DNA of 64,000 bases, from the NCBI GenBank assembly GCA_010093815.1, contig ML996579.1; one strand, 5' to 3'. A model generated the notes under the pieces. The model was given only the letters and a program-made list of their open reading frames with translations, had not been told where the DNA came from and ran no database searches. The DNA is from Pseudovirgaria hyperparasitica (lineage: Eukaryota). Positions 47,374 to 57,711 of the stretch are shown here, one piece after another (the first letter of the stretch is position 1; every line of letters begins with the position of its first letter). Position numbers and translations under genes: made by a program.

Positions 47374-49847
47374 GCCTGAAAACGAGGGCTGGGATGCAGC
47401 GACACTCGTTTCCCGGCGACTGGATGGTGCTAGAGTGGTGTTGCTAAGCACCGGAAACACGCTCCTTGGAGGGGGGAGGGGGGGGGGGCGTGCAGGTGCT
47501 GTAACAACTTGTCGCGACAGGCTCACTAGCTGCTGTGAGGTCGCAAGTTGGCTTGGTCTCTACAGGTTAAACCTGGTAGATCCCGAGAGGAGGAGGGGGG
47601 GGGAGGAGGAGTCCTGTTTCGGGTGCCCGCTGGATGCTTGACACTAGGACAAGGGAGAGGATACACCTAAAGTGAGGTGTGAAAGAAGAGTAGACTGCTT
47701 CGTGGGCTGTTGGACAGACAGGAAACTGTCTGTTGCACTTGAAGCTATTTGTAGAAAGATGTTCACTGAAAGTTGTTGAAGATTTAGATGGAAGGGAGGA
47801 AACAGCACCACACGCACCCTTTTATGAGGACGACCGGAACGTCCTGGAAGGCCAGTACGATCAGGACGACCACCGTAAACAGGACAGTCACCACAACTTG
47901 GGACAATTCCCCCTGAAATCCAGTCTGTGACCACAGAGTACCACGGTCCTCCATCGTCAAATACCCAACACGACGTCGGGGCAACTGAACCTCTACATTT
48001 GCGATATGGATGTGCCAAAGGGACGCAGAGTCCGGATCACATGGAATTTGGATCATTAGAAAGGGAAGAAAAGCGGCATCAAGCTCATCCCTTTTGCAAA
48101 CCGAGACCTCGAGAGTTGCATACTCAATTCCAGTTGATGCATACTGAGCAGCTTCGTGAGTGTCCTGGGGGGAGTTGCGCTAACAAACCAGTCACCAAAA
48201 TCAGGGGCTTAGCAGGACCCTACAACTCTGGTACTGCAAATTTTTCTTCAAGCTACCGGCATTTGGTCGAATCCAATACTACAATGTTCGGTATTGGGAA
48301 TGTAATAGCGTTTGCTATAGGGACAGAGATGGACGTCGACTATCCGCACGCATCCTTCATGCCAGCATATCGACGCAAATCGAGTAGGAGAAAGGATATG
48401 ATAGCAGCCGCGATGGGCATAGCTCAGGGGCTCGACCACATCAGAATGGGCTTTACGGGTTCGTATTGAAAAACGTCCACACAGGGGGGCATGCAGCAGG
48501 CAAGCAGAGTTCTCAGGCTGTACTATTGCACGTATGGGTGTGTTAGGGCAGAACGGGGGCATGGGCAGTGCTTGCGGTGTGTGGATTCGTGATGTGGTAG
48601 CTGGGCAGGAGAAGACTACACGTCTCGAAGGAACCACCAAGCACACACATCAAGAGGCTGCTCAATCTGATGATACGGTCCTCAAGCATCTACAGACTAT
48701 ACACTGTAGCCGCGCAGTGTCTTCAAGAAGCATCGCGTTGATGGCAGAATCTCGCTGCTTGAGAGCCCCCAAGTAGCAGCCTGGCCGACTGGACGCCCCT
48801 ACACCAGACCGGGACTCCGCTAGCAGCCGCATCGATTCTGCACTGTCTACATACAACATCATCTTTCCAAACACCCTCTCCAGATCCCCAACCATGACTG
48901 AATCGAACGTCATAGAATACTTGCTAATGGGTTCTGATGTGGCATATATAGGTCTTCCAACACCCGCAACCCCTGAACGAGCGAGTCGCGCCACGCAAAC
49001 ACGAGCCTCGCTCCTCAGCCATGAATCAACTGCACACCGTTCCAATCCTGCCGCAACCACAGAGCTGCGCTGTATAGGAGCTGTCAGTCATTCAACTGTA
49101 GAAGCGCTCTCTAATATAATAAAGAGAGAGCAGCCAACTTGTCGAGGCATGGTTCTGCCGATCGCGCGAGCTGGTCACAGACAACAGACCGTCCCTCCAG
49201 CAGCTCCACGAGGTCTATCCCCGACATAACCAGCAAGACGACAATGCGACTGAACTCGCGAATCTCTCACAACAAACCCGAGTCCCGAGAAACCCTCACC
49301 GAGTCCCGAGCGCGTATCAACTCCTCCGAACTCCCCTCGGCGCATTTCTCAAACGCGCGCATATTGTCCGACTCCTCCGACCGCCCGCAAGCCCGTGCAA
49401 CTGTCAATTAAAATATCCGAAACACAAAGAATGAGGCGTCAGGGTTCTGTCAGGGTTGCTGCAGAAGACCCTCTCTACCCTGGAGCGCGTGGTGCGCGGG
49501 ATGGTGCTATAGATAGACAAGACTAGACGAGGCAGACATGGGACATACGAGACTGGGCAGGGCAGAAGACGCGACAAACAACGAGAACGGGGATACAAGC
49601 ATTCAGAGCGTGCTCGATAGCGCTCTCAAGAAAACACGGAATATACAAGCAGCGCCAATGCTGTACAGAGCGCAGCATGAAATATGTATTTATATAATAA
49701 AGCCGTCCATAAACTATATACCTGTTTGTCCCAGCATCATGATAATCTTGATATGTCCAGCTATAATACAATCCCATCAAGATCTGCCCTCCAAAAAACC
49801 AAACCCGAATCCCACCTTTCTCACCCCTCATCTCCACGACAATTCGT

Positions 49848-49895
49848 GAAAGCAGGAAAGCAGGAAAGCAGGAAAGCAGGAAAGCAGGAAAGCAG
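49848..49895 (+). repeat. (GAAAGCAG)6 tandem repeat
   Basis: Six perfect 8-mers. Confidence 0.95.
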
Positions 49896-50170
49896 ATCAT
49901 TAAAGAAATCAGGCACCAACTTCCCCCAGCACCATCACTCCTACAACCCCCCACCCCTCCATAGTGTATAATACATACTTTACAATACCAAACCCCCACA
50001 AGCTTCCCAGCTCAGCTCACCATTTTTTTTTTTTCACTTCTCTAATTTTTCTGGGAAAATTCCTTTTCCTTGGTACTACTAATATATATGTCCCATGTAC
50101 CCATTCCCATGGGTCGTTCGAGTTTGGGGGTGGGGTTGGGCCCAGCTAACTAAACCCTTGCGCCCCAACA

Positions 50171-50240
50171 AGACTACCCTAGACTTCCCTAGACTTCCCC
50201 AGACTACGCCAGACTTCCCTAGACTTCCTTAGACCTCCCC
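50171..50240 (+). repeat. 10-bp minisatellite, consensus AGACTTCCCT, 7 units
   Basis: agactaccct agacttccct agacttcccc agactacgcc agacttccct agacttcctt agacctcccc. Confidence 0.92.
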
Positions 50241-50527
50241 GCAGTTTAGAAGGAAAAGGTCCCTTGTGTGTGTGTAACTGTGTGTGTAAGTGTGCGGAAG
50301 GCTGCGGCATGAGTCTCCCCTTGAATAAGAGGGGTGTTTTTGGTAGGGTTTGCACCTTTTTTTTTTTTTTTCTTTCTGAGTACTAAAGTATAGTTAGTGC
50401 CATTTAGCGGACCGATCCGCGCTGCGCCGACGTCTGGGGTCTCTCTTTTTTCTTTGCGGGGGAGTGGGATGCACTCTTTTTTTTTTTTTTTTTTTGGCGC
50501 CTGGTAGGGAGGGAGAGTGATGGTCGG

Positions 50528-50570
50528 GGGATGGGATGGGATGGGATGGGATGGGATGGGATGGGATGGG
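50528..50570 (+). repeat. (GGGAT)8 microsatellite, G-quadruplex-capable
   Basis: Nine GGG tracts separated by AT. Confidence 0.92.
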
Positions 50571-51143
50571 GTGTGTGTGGTTTGCACTTTGGAGTTTTGA
50601 AGCTTTTTTGTTTTTTTTTTTGTATTTCGTTTGTATATTGTCTGGCTAGCTAGGTAGCTAGCTAGGTAGGTATATGGGTGGATTGATGGGTCTTGATACG
50701 TGACAGACTGACAGACAGACTGACAGACAGGCCTTGCTGTCAAGAGCTTGCGATCAAGACTGCTCCAATGCGACTTTATTGTCGCCATTATAAAGGGTCA
50801 TGTGTGTATTGTACGTGCTTCATGCCAGACTCTGTCCTTGGAGTGATGATTGCGCATGATGGACTGTCCTGTCCTGTCCAATCCTGTAATGTCTAGTCCC
50901 GTCCTGCCCCGTCCTGCCCCGTCCTGTCCTGTCCTCTCTCCCAAGTCCCCATAATTAGCACGATGTGACAATCTGCTCAAGGGACGGCGTTTTGAGACGT
51001 CTTACCATTTACCAATATCTCCCATCGCAGGCCCATGTTCCCCGCGACCATACACATCCCGTAAACAAAGGTGCCACTAGTCAACGCATGTAATGTAGGT
51101 AGAGACGTGATGCCGTAAGCCAAACCAAGGCACCCGCTGGCCA

Positions 51144-53390
51144 TCACCGCCCCTCCGCCCGCGCAACAAGCCCCTCCCCAAGCCCAACCGGCTGCCAGAC
51201 CGCCCTATCGCCCTTCTTCTGCGCCCACAGAATATCGCCATGCATATACACCACCACACCGCCCTTGCCCGTCGCACTAGCCGTGATGCGGAACAGCGGC
51301 AGGCCGGTCTGGGCGTGTGCTTCGCGCAGGGGGACGAGCAGGAGGTTTTCGTCGCTGCACCACGACTCGACGACGTCTCTGAAGGTTGTCTCGACGGCGT
51401 GCTGCGGCGGGGCCGATGTCGAGGATGATGATGCGGTGGTGTTGGGGCCAGGTGTAGCGGGTCCGGAGGCGGGCATGTGAGCTGGTCGTGCAGGGCCGGC
51501 GGCGGGGAGGGGGAGGAGCGTCTTTGCGCTGTCGCCGAGGTCGAGGGCGTGGTTGATCATCTCGAGGCCCTTTTCCCACTGTGCGTCGACGGGCTTGAGG
51601 GCGTTGATGGCGTCGGGGAAGCGCGTCTTCCACCAGGTGTACCACTGGCTGATTTCGGCGTAGTTGGGCTCGGCCGTCAGCCAGAGATGGAGGATGTTGA
51701 GCCACTTGGGGAAGAATTCGGCGAGGAGGAGTTGGGCGATGACGAGGGGTTTGAAGACGGGGGTCCATGCGAGGACGTGCTCGAGCGGCGCCATGTCCTG
51801 GTTTGAAGGGTCGATTTCGAAGTCGGTGGAGAGGTGGGCGGCGAGGCGGGGGAGGAGGTGGTTGATCAGGGAGCGGTCGACTTCGGGGCGCATGACGTCC
51901 TGCCATTCGGCCAGGCCGGGCATGATGCCTCGAGTGAGATCCCAGGTGTCGAGAGCGAGACGGAGCTTGCGTTTTACGTCTGCGAGGAGGCCGGTTGCGT
52001 TTGAAGGGTCGGTGTGTTGCTCGGAGAGATATGGGAGCCAGGGGAAGAGCCATGTGTGTGGGAGCGATGTGGGATGTTTTCTCTTGAGCGCAGTACGAGG
52101 ATTCCATCCCTGTACGCTGCTTGAGAGCTTCTGTTCGACGAGGTTGTTCACCACGCTGTTGCGCACGAACTCTGGGAGGAGCGGCGACCACGCTTCCACG
52201 AGTGTCAGCAGAATCGTCGGTGAATGTGTGTCCCAGTCGTTTGTCACGGCCGTGCGGACTCTCGGTAGCCAGAGAGAGTATATCATCGTCTCGTAGGACG
52301 TTGTCGACTTCTTGGGACGTCGAAGAGATTCAAAGTCGTCCTGTGTGGAGGAACTTGTGCCTCTGCCGATCCGCAATATGCTTTCCAGCCGTTTGAGATA
52401 TGTGACCAAGTGCATTGGATGCTCTAGGGGGTCCCAGTCAAGCATCTCCTGCTTGAACAGCGGGTGTATGACTGCCACAGCAGCATCAGACAGCCCATAC
52501 TCATCAATATCAGCTGCATAGGTCGTCTGTAGCTGCTCCAATTCGCTGGTAACTTCCTCCCATCTCGCAAGAGCATCGTCCGCAAGCATGGGAGTGTTGA
52601 CATCCAGGCTTGACAATGCGACGACTGCTTCATACATTGCTTTTACCTTTGCGTCTTCGTCCTCCTGGTCTACCAGCTCTTTGAGTAATTGCTCTTCTTC
52701 GGCGTCAATATACTTGTTGCGCTCCACCATATCATTCCACGCTTCAGCGAAGCCTTCCAGCTCGAGTCGAGCACGTTTTGCGATCTTTTCGGCCTCGGTT
52801 TCACCTCTGACATGGCCCGTGGTTGGTGTGAGCAGCCCGGCGGTGGAGGTGAGGAGTCTGTTCTCTCGTCCGGTTGCATCGATGAGAGACTTGAGGACGT
52901 TGGGCACTTCCAAGCCCTCTGATTCCTTCTCAATGTCGGCAGCAGTGCGATACTTCTTCTTGGCTTTGGTGAAGCCGCCGGGTGTGCTGGCTCCACTGTC
53001 TCCAGCGCTCTTGGCCGCCCTGACAGCGTCTTTTCGTCGCTTGCGCGCTTTACGCTCTTCCTCTGAGGAGTCCTCGTACTCTTCGCCCCTGCGCTCGGCT
53101 TGTCGTTTGGCTTCCTCCTTGGCCTGCTTCGTCTTCTCTTTCACGGCACCAACACCAGCACCCTGCGGCCGAAGTTTTACTTCGATCGGGTTGAGAATAC
53201 CGTCGCCACCTTTGCCTAGACCTTCGCCCTCCTTGTAGCCCATCTTTGCCATCATCTTCTGCGCGAACGACATCTTGGGGCCTCCACTTCCATTGCTGCC
53301 AGCGCCAGCGCCAGCACCCCCCGTCTTTGCAGCTTTGCGGTTCGCATTGTCACCAAACTCCGACTTGCGCTTGAAGGACGGTCGCTCCAT
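51144..53390 (-). CDS. TFIP11: Spliceosome disassembly factor TFIP11/Spp382(Ntr1), G-patch protein
   Basis: G-patch SFAQKMMAKMGYKEGEGLGKGGDGILNPIEVKLRPQGAGVG followed by a Trp-rich GCFC-type domain (WDPLEHP, FFPKW, WYTWWK). Confidence 0.92.
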   Translation of the reverse strand: MERPSFKRKSEFGDNANRKAAKTGGAGAGAGSNGSGGPKMSFAQKMMAKMGYKEGEGLGKGGDGILNPIEVKLRPQGAGVGAVKEKTKQAKEEAKRQAERRGEEYEDSSEEERKARKRRKDAVRAAKSAGDSGASTPGGFTKAKKKYRTAADIEKESEGLEVPNVLKSLIDATGRENRLLTSTAGLLTPTTGHVRGETEAEKIAKRARLELEGFAEAWNDMVERNKYIDAEEEQLLKELVDQEDEDAKVKAMYEAVVALSSLDVNTPMLADDALARWEEVTSELEQLQTTYAADIDEYGLSDAAVAVIHPLFKQEMLDWDPLEHPMHLVTYLKRLESILRIGRGTSSSTQDDFESLRRPKKSTTSYETMIYSLWLPRVRTAVTNDWDTHSPTILLTLVEAWSPLLPEFVRNSVVNNLVEQKLSSSVQGWNPRTALKRKHPTSLPHTWLFPWLPYLSEQHTDPSNATGLLADVKRKLRLALDTWDLTRGIMPGLAEWQDVMRPEVDRSLINHLLPRLAAHLSTDFEIDPSNQDMAPLEHVLAWTPVFKPLVIAQLLLAEFFPKWLNILHLWLTAEPNYAEISQWYTWWKTRFPDAINALKPVDAQWEKGLEMINHALDLGDSAKTLLPLPAAGPARPAHMPASGPATPGPNTTASSSSTSAPPQHAVETTFRDVVESWCSDENLLLVPLREAHAQTGLPLFRITASATGKGGVVVYMHGDILWAQKKGDRAVWQPVGLGEGLVARAEGR

Positions 53391-53889
53391 GGTTGTGTAG
53401 GCTGAGCTGGATCGAGTAGGAGTCTATAGGACGCTGTAGAGAGGCGCGAGAAGCGCGATGAGGTAGTAGTTGATGCGGCGCCGAGAGTGCTATGTTTGGA
53501 AACGACCTTGGAAGTGATGATGTATTCGAACGTGCGCCACTGAATGAATGAATTGAATTAGAGACGAAAATAGTAAACGCCTGCTGGGTCGACGTGCGGC
53601 GTGCTGCAGGACGCAGGGAACGGATGTTGATGCTGCGAGTGAACGTGGGTGGCCGCCCAGTGCAGGGAGGTTAGTAACAAGTTTGTCAATGGCGCAGTCT
53701 TCAACAGGTCGAAAACTCCGCGAACCGTGTCAGTAATGATAACAAGAGGCTTGCCATGCAGACTTCAAATGTCTCTCGAGTCTATTCTGTCTAGATATTC
53801 CTTGGGGCCTCTTTTTACTTCACGCCAGTCATCTTCCGCCGCCGTTGCGCCACCGCCGTTTGGCTGGTGGCTTGCTAGTAATTGCTATA

Positions 53890-56800
53890 ATGGAACCGCT
53901 TCCGAGGCCTCCCGCCTCTTCTCCTGATCCTGAGCCTGAACGCTTTCTACGTCGCCCTTCGATCGAAATAGACCTCCGACATCCTACTCCCGACCTCCAG
54001 ACTCTCCAAGGTGCATACATTGCCAACGTCGAGAGGCTTGAAGACGAGGCGGAGCGCATGAGCACGAGCGGCTCTGAGTTGGGCGAAGAGATACGCAAGC
54101 TTCAACTGGAACAGAAGCGATCAGACAGCCGCAGGTCTTCGTTGAGGACCGCTCCTTCAGAACGGCCTACGACAAGATCACGGAACGCCTCGACGAGTTC
54201 TTACGGCAATTCTATACTAGACGTGAACAGCACAGCTCGTTGGGGAGGCTATTCGCCGGGCGGCTTTCTTGCCTCTCCCCTTGGATCAGTCCACTCGGGT
54301 TCCTGGTCTGTTGCTAATAGACAGCGGTCGACGTCGAGGGCGTCGCGTCTCGGCCAGATGTCACAGTCGAATCTGAAAGAGGCGGCCCTTCAAGGACACC
54401 AAATACTTCCATCCCCCCCTTCGCTCACATCGCCGCCCCACTCCTCTGTCACGCGACCTTTGAGCGAACACGACGAAGAGCAGGGCGAGTCTTCCACAGG
54501 GGGCTATACACCGAGAACGCCCCTTGGTCTCCATGTGGTGAGCGGAGGAGTGCAAGACGATCGTGCTGCGACAAGTCCTGGAAATGAGAGCACTGGCAGG
54601 CCTGGCTCGGCAGGCTCGGGTGACACATATCAACAGGCTCGTATGCTTTTCCACGATTTTGACGGCGCATACGATCACGAAAATGACGACCATGATGAGC
54701 ACACACATGCATACAAACATGAACACTCGCGCCAACCACGGCACACGCTGAACATTGACAGCAGCCCCAACATACAAGCCAAAGAGGAGGTCCGTGGGGA
54801 AGCTCTTGCGCAGTTGGAAGGGCTGGATGGCGAAGGATTCAAGCATGATGCGAGCCGTTATTCGCTGATGCCATCCTTGCCAGGGCCAGCCTTCGAGGCA
54901 TCTCCGCCACCAGAGGAGGGCATGGTCTTCTACCCAGCTCCGGTGCCTCGCATGCTAAACTTACCAAAACGGCTGTCGCACATGCCGAATCCCAATCTAC
55001 AAGCGAAGCGCAGGACCCAGATGTTGAGCGGGCTGCCGGCCGAAGCCAGAAAGTCAGCAGTTTGGTTATCAGATCCGAAAGACAACGATAAAGCACGCTC
55101 ACCGAAATCTCCGGATGAAGCTCGAACGAACGCTCGTCGCAGTCAGATGAACCTGGCAAGCCTTCCGCCGCAGTTGAGAGCGAGTGTGTTTTTCGACCAC
55201 CAGCCGGTAGAGGTCGATGTGCGGGGCGAATCGGCGACGCATGCGCTGGACAACATTCTAAATGCGTCGACGCGTGCATCTGTTAGTGCCTTCACCGATC
55301 ACCCGTACGCGGGTCATGTGGGTAACGAGGTGTACGGCAAGGCGGCCATGCGCAAGAGTACAGTAGCGCTGCCTGAAAGTCCGAAAAAAGAAAACAAGAA
55401 CCGGAGTTCCTGGCAAAAGCTACGCTCCGCATCAAGCACTGATGGACTGAACAAGTTGCAAAAGCGGAGCAGCTCTCGCTTGAGTATGAACATGGACAAT
55501 GAGCAGCTTGCCAGGCCCGAACAGGGCGAAGGTGATGCTAATTCACATGAGGTGATTGAGGATCCCCACTTGATGCATCGGTCTGTGAATGGAGATATCG
55601 AGCAAGATCAAGAAGACGAGGCGGAAGAAGACATTGAGCCTGAGGCTTACCACGGACCACCAACGACTCTACTCGCCGAGTTGCAGATCAGGAAAGCACA
55701 ACAGAAAACTCGCAACAGGACAGCAGCAACAGCATTTCCGAACGGGATGCACTCTACTCTACTTCAGATGGATGCTGTGGCGCAGATCGAAAAGGACAAA
55801 CGACGGACGCAGCGCGTGAATCTAGCGTGGGAGGATCCGGCAGCCAGAGCGGTTGATGAACACGATGACGACGACGACGATGTCCCATTGGGAATGTTGT
55901 ATCCAGGGCGGGATGGACTTGCGAATAAGAACAGCAAGGAGCAACATTCCCGCCGTGGGCAGCATGATCAACCGATAGGTCTCATTGAGAAGAGGCAAAT
56001 GGAAGACAACGAACCCCTTAGCAAGCGGAGGAACCGCATCAAGGGCATCGAGGAGAAGCCGGCGGCTCGCAGAAAATCGATACCGCTGTCTGCAGTGCAT
56101 AGTGCTGAGCAAGTTCGAGCATCGACGCCGATCGAGCCACGAGTAGACGAAAACGACGAGCAAGACCCGGACGAGGGTGAGACACTAGGGCAGCGACTCC
56201 GACGGCTGAAAGATAAAGCCAATCTGGATTCTGCTCTGGGTGACCCGAAAGAACGTCCCCACAGTGAAGCTTTTTCGGTCGAGATGCTTTCGCAGCTCGG
56301 CATCCAAGATGAGGCTACTGCAGGTTCAGAGCCGGTTGCACCAGAAGACGAAACGCTTGGGCAGCGTAGAAGGAGACTCCAAGCTGAGGCTCTGGCTCGG
56401 GGTAACACCCTGTCAGAGCTTCAGCCCAGTGGCATGCACCTTACCGTTCCACAGGCAGCCACGACGAGACCTCCTCTCCGGACGTCTCACAGTATGGCAG
56501 ATATCCTGGCAGCGCACCCGACTCATAACGCGGCACGCAAGGTGTCCAACGACATGCTCCTGGGATCATTGCCTCAGGGCAGTCTTCTACACCAGAGCGA
56601 AGCCACGCGCGCGAAACAGAAGCAACAGATCTATGACCAGAACAGACGAGTCTCATCAGTGGGCCTCAGTAAGCCGCTGCTCGAGGTTGGCGAGAAGGAC
56701 AAAGAATGGGACACACCGCTGGGGCTGCTCGGGGCTCAGAGCAGAGCGAATGCGGCACGGCAAAGCTCGATGATGGCAAGCATGCATCCGACGATAAATG

Positions 56801-57207
56801 CGTCGAGCCCGAACCTCATGCAACATGGCAACTTCAGCCAGCCGAACATGCCGCAAAGGAGCATCAACATGAGTATGCCCCATCTCGGCTACGGCTACCC
56901 CCAGGCTGCACAGCCAGGCATGCCAATGATGGACCCGTATGCGATGCAGCAGATGCAGATGTTCTGGCAACAACAGCAACAGCAACAACAGCAGCAGCAG
57001 CAGATGATGCAGATGGGCGGGATGAACGTCCCACACTATGCGGCGGGAATGAATATGGGCATGCCGATGGGCATGCCAATGGGGATGCCGATGGGAATGG
57101 GATATGGAGCGACTGGACGACCGCATCAGATGACTCAAGAAGAGGTCGCCGCCATGGATCCGAAGCAGAGGGACATGATTGACCGGTGGAGGCAAGACGT
57201 TGCGTGA
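53890..57207 (+). CDS. Large, mostly disordered hypothetical protein with polyQ and Met/Gly-rich tail
   Basis: About 1105 aa single ORF with motif-like islands (FYPAPVPRMLNLPKRLS; PTTLLAELQIRKAQQK; ETLGQR twice; IDRWRQDV*). Confidence 0.85.
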   Translation: MEPLPRPPASSPDPEPERFLRRPSIEIDLRHPTPDLQTLQGAYIANVERLEDEAERMSTSGSELGEEIRKLQLEQKRSDSRRSSLRTAPSERPTTRSRNASTSSYGNSILDVNSTARWGGYSPGGFLASPLGSVHSGSWSVANRQRSTSRASRLGQMSQSNLKEAALQGHQILPSPPSLTSPPHSSVTRPLSEHDEEQGESSTGGYTPRTPLGLHVVSGGVQDDRAATSPGNESTGRPGSAGSGDTYQQARMLFHDFDGAYDHENDDHDEHTHAYKHEHSRQPRHTLNIDSSPNIQAKEEVRGEALAQLEGLDGEGFKHDASRYSLMPSLPGPAFEASPPPEEGMVFYPAPVPRMLNLPKRLSHMPNPNLQAKRRTQMLSGLPAEARKSAVWLSDPKDNDKARSPKSPDEARTNARRSQMNLASLPPQLRASVFFDHQPVEVDVRGESATHALDNILNASTRASVSAFTDHPYAGHVGNEVYGKAAMRKSTVALPESPKKENKNRSSWQKLRSASSTDGLNKLQKRSSSRLSMNMDNEQLARPEQGEGDANSHEVIEDPHLMHRSVNGDIEQDQEDEAEEDIEPEAYHGPPTTLLAELQIRKAQQKTRNRTAATAFPNGMHSTLLQMDAVAQIEKDKRRTQRVNLAWEDPAARAVDEHDDDDDDVPLGMLYPGRDGLANKNSKEQHSRRGQHDQPIGLIEKRQMEDNEPLSKRRNRIKGIEEKPAARRKSIPLSAVHSAEQVRASTPIEPRVDENDEQDPDEGETLGQRLRRLKDKANLDSALGDPKERPHSEAFSVEMLSQLGIQDEATAGSEPVAPEDETLGQRRRRLQAEALARGNTLSELQPSGMHLTVPQAATTRPPLRTSHSMADILAAHPTHNAARKVSNDMLLGSLPQGSLLHQSEATRAKQKQQIYDQNRRVSSVGLSKPLLEVGEKDKEWDTPLGLLGAQSRANAARQSSMMASMHPTINASSPNLMQHGNFSQPNMPQRSINMSMPHLGYGYPQAAQPGMPMMDPYAMQQMQMFWQQQQQQQQQQQQMMQMGGMNVPHYAAGMNMGMPMGMPMGMPMGMGYGATGRPHQMTQEEVAAMDPKQRDMIDRWRQDVA

Positions 57208-57711
57208 TGGATACCCGCCCTCTTCAACACAATAGACACATACATCACTGTACAATACTAGCGATTTGCATGCCGAGGCGCTTCTCATACGGCCATCAGC
57301 ATATACCGGCGTTCTTTTTTTGCTCAGTCGACTCGCCGGACAGAGCATCGCTTTGCCGGGTACATAGCCATCAGAGGTATCAGACAAATATTAGACAGGA
57401 CCATCATTCTGGCATTTGACCATGCAGCCATGACCGTTCTTTGTACGTTTCGACTTGAAGTGCTTGTAAGTTTCTGATATTTGACAAGTGGTAATTCGTA
57501 GAGAGCATGTCGTCGTGCGAGCCTAAGGCTGCCACAATCATCCATAGTAACACAACCCCACCTACCCAGGTACTAATTAGGTACACCACAACACCCACAA
57601 CCACTGCAGCCTGTGTACGTATATACACATATAAGTATATATCCCAACGACCATACCAATCACCCACCCACCCAAACAAAAACAAAAACAAAAACCAAAA
57701 AAACCAAAAAA

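Noticed and set aside
47927..48469. 180-aa plus-strand ORF upstream of the C2H2 gene
   Set aside because: GTG start, no recognisable motif; the slight RNase H-like impression is not supported by catalytic residues.
42300..51000. Island as an intact transposon or Starship-type element
   Set aside because: No transposase, reverse transcriptase or tyrosine recombinase ORF; no terminal inverted repeats, LTRs or target-site duplication found by eye.
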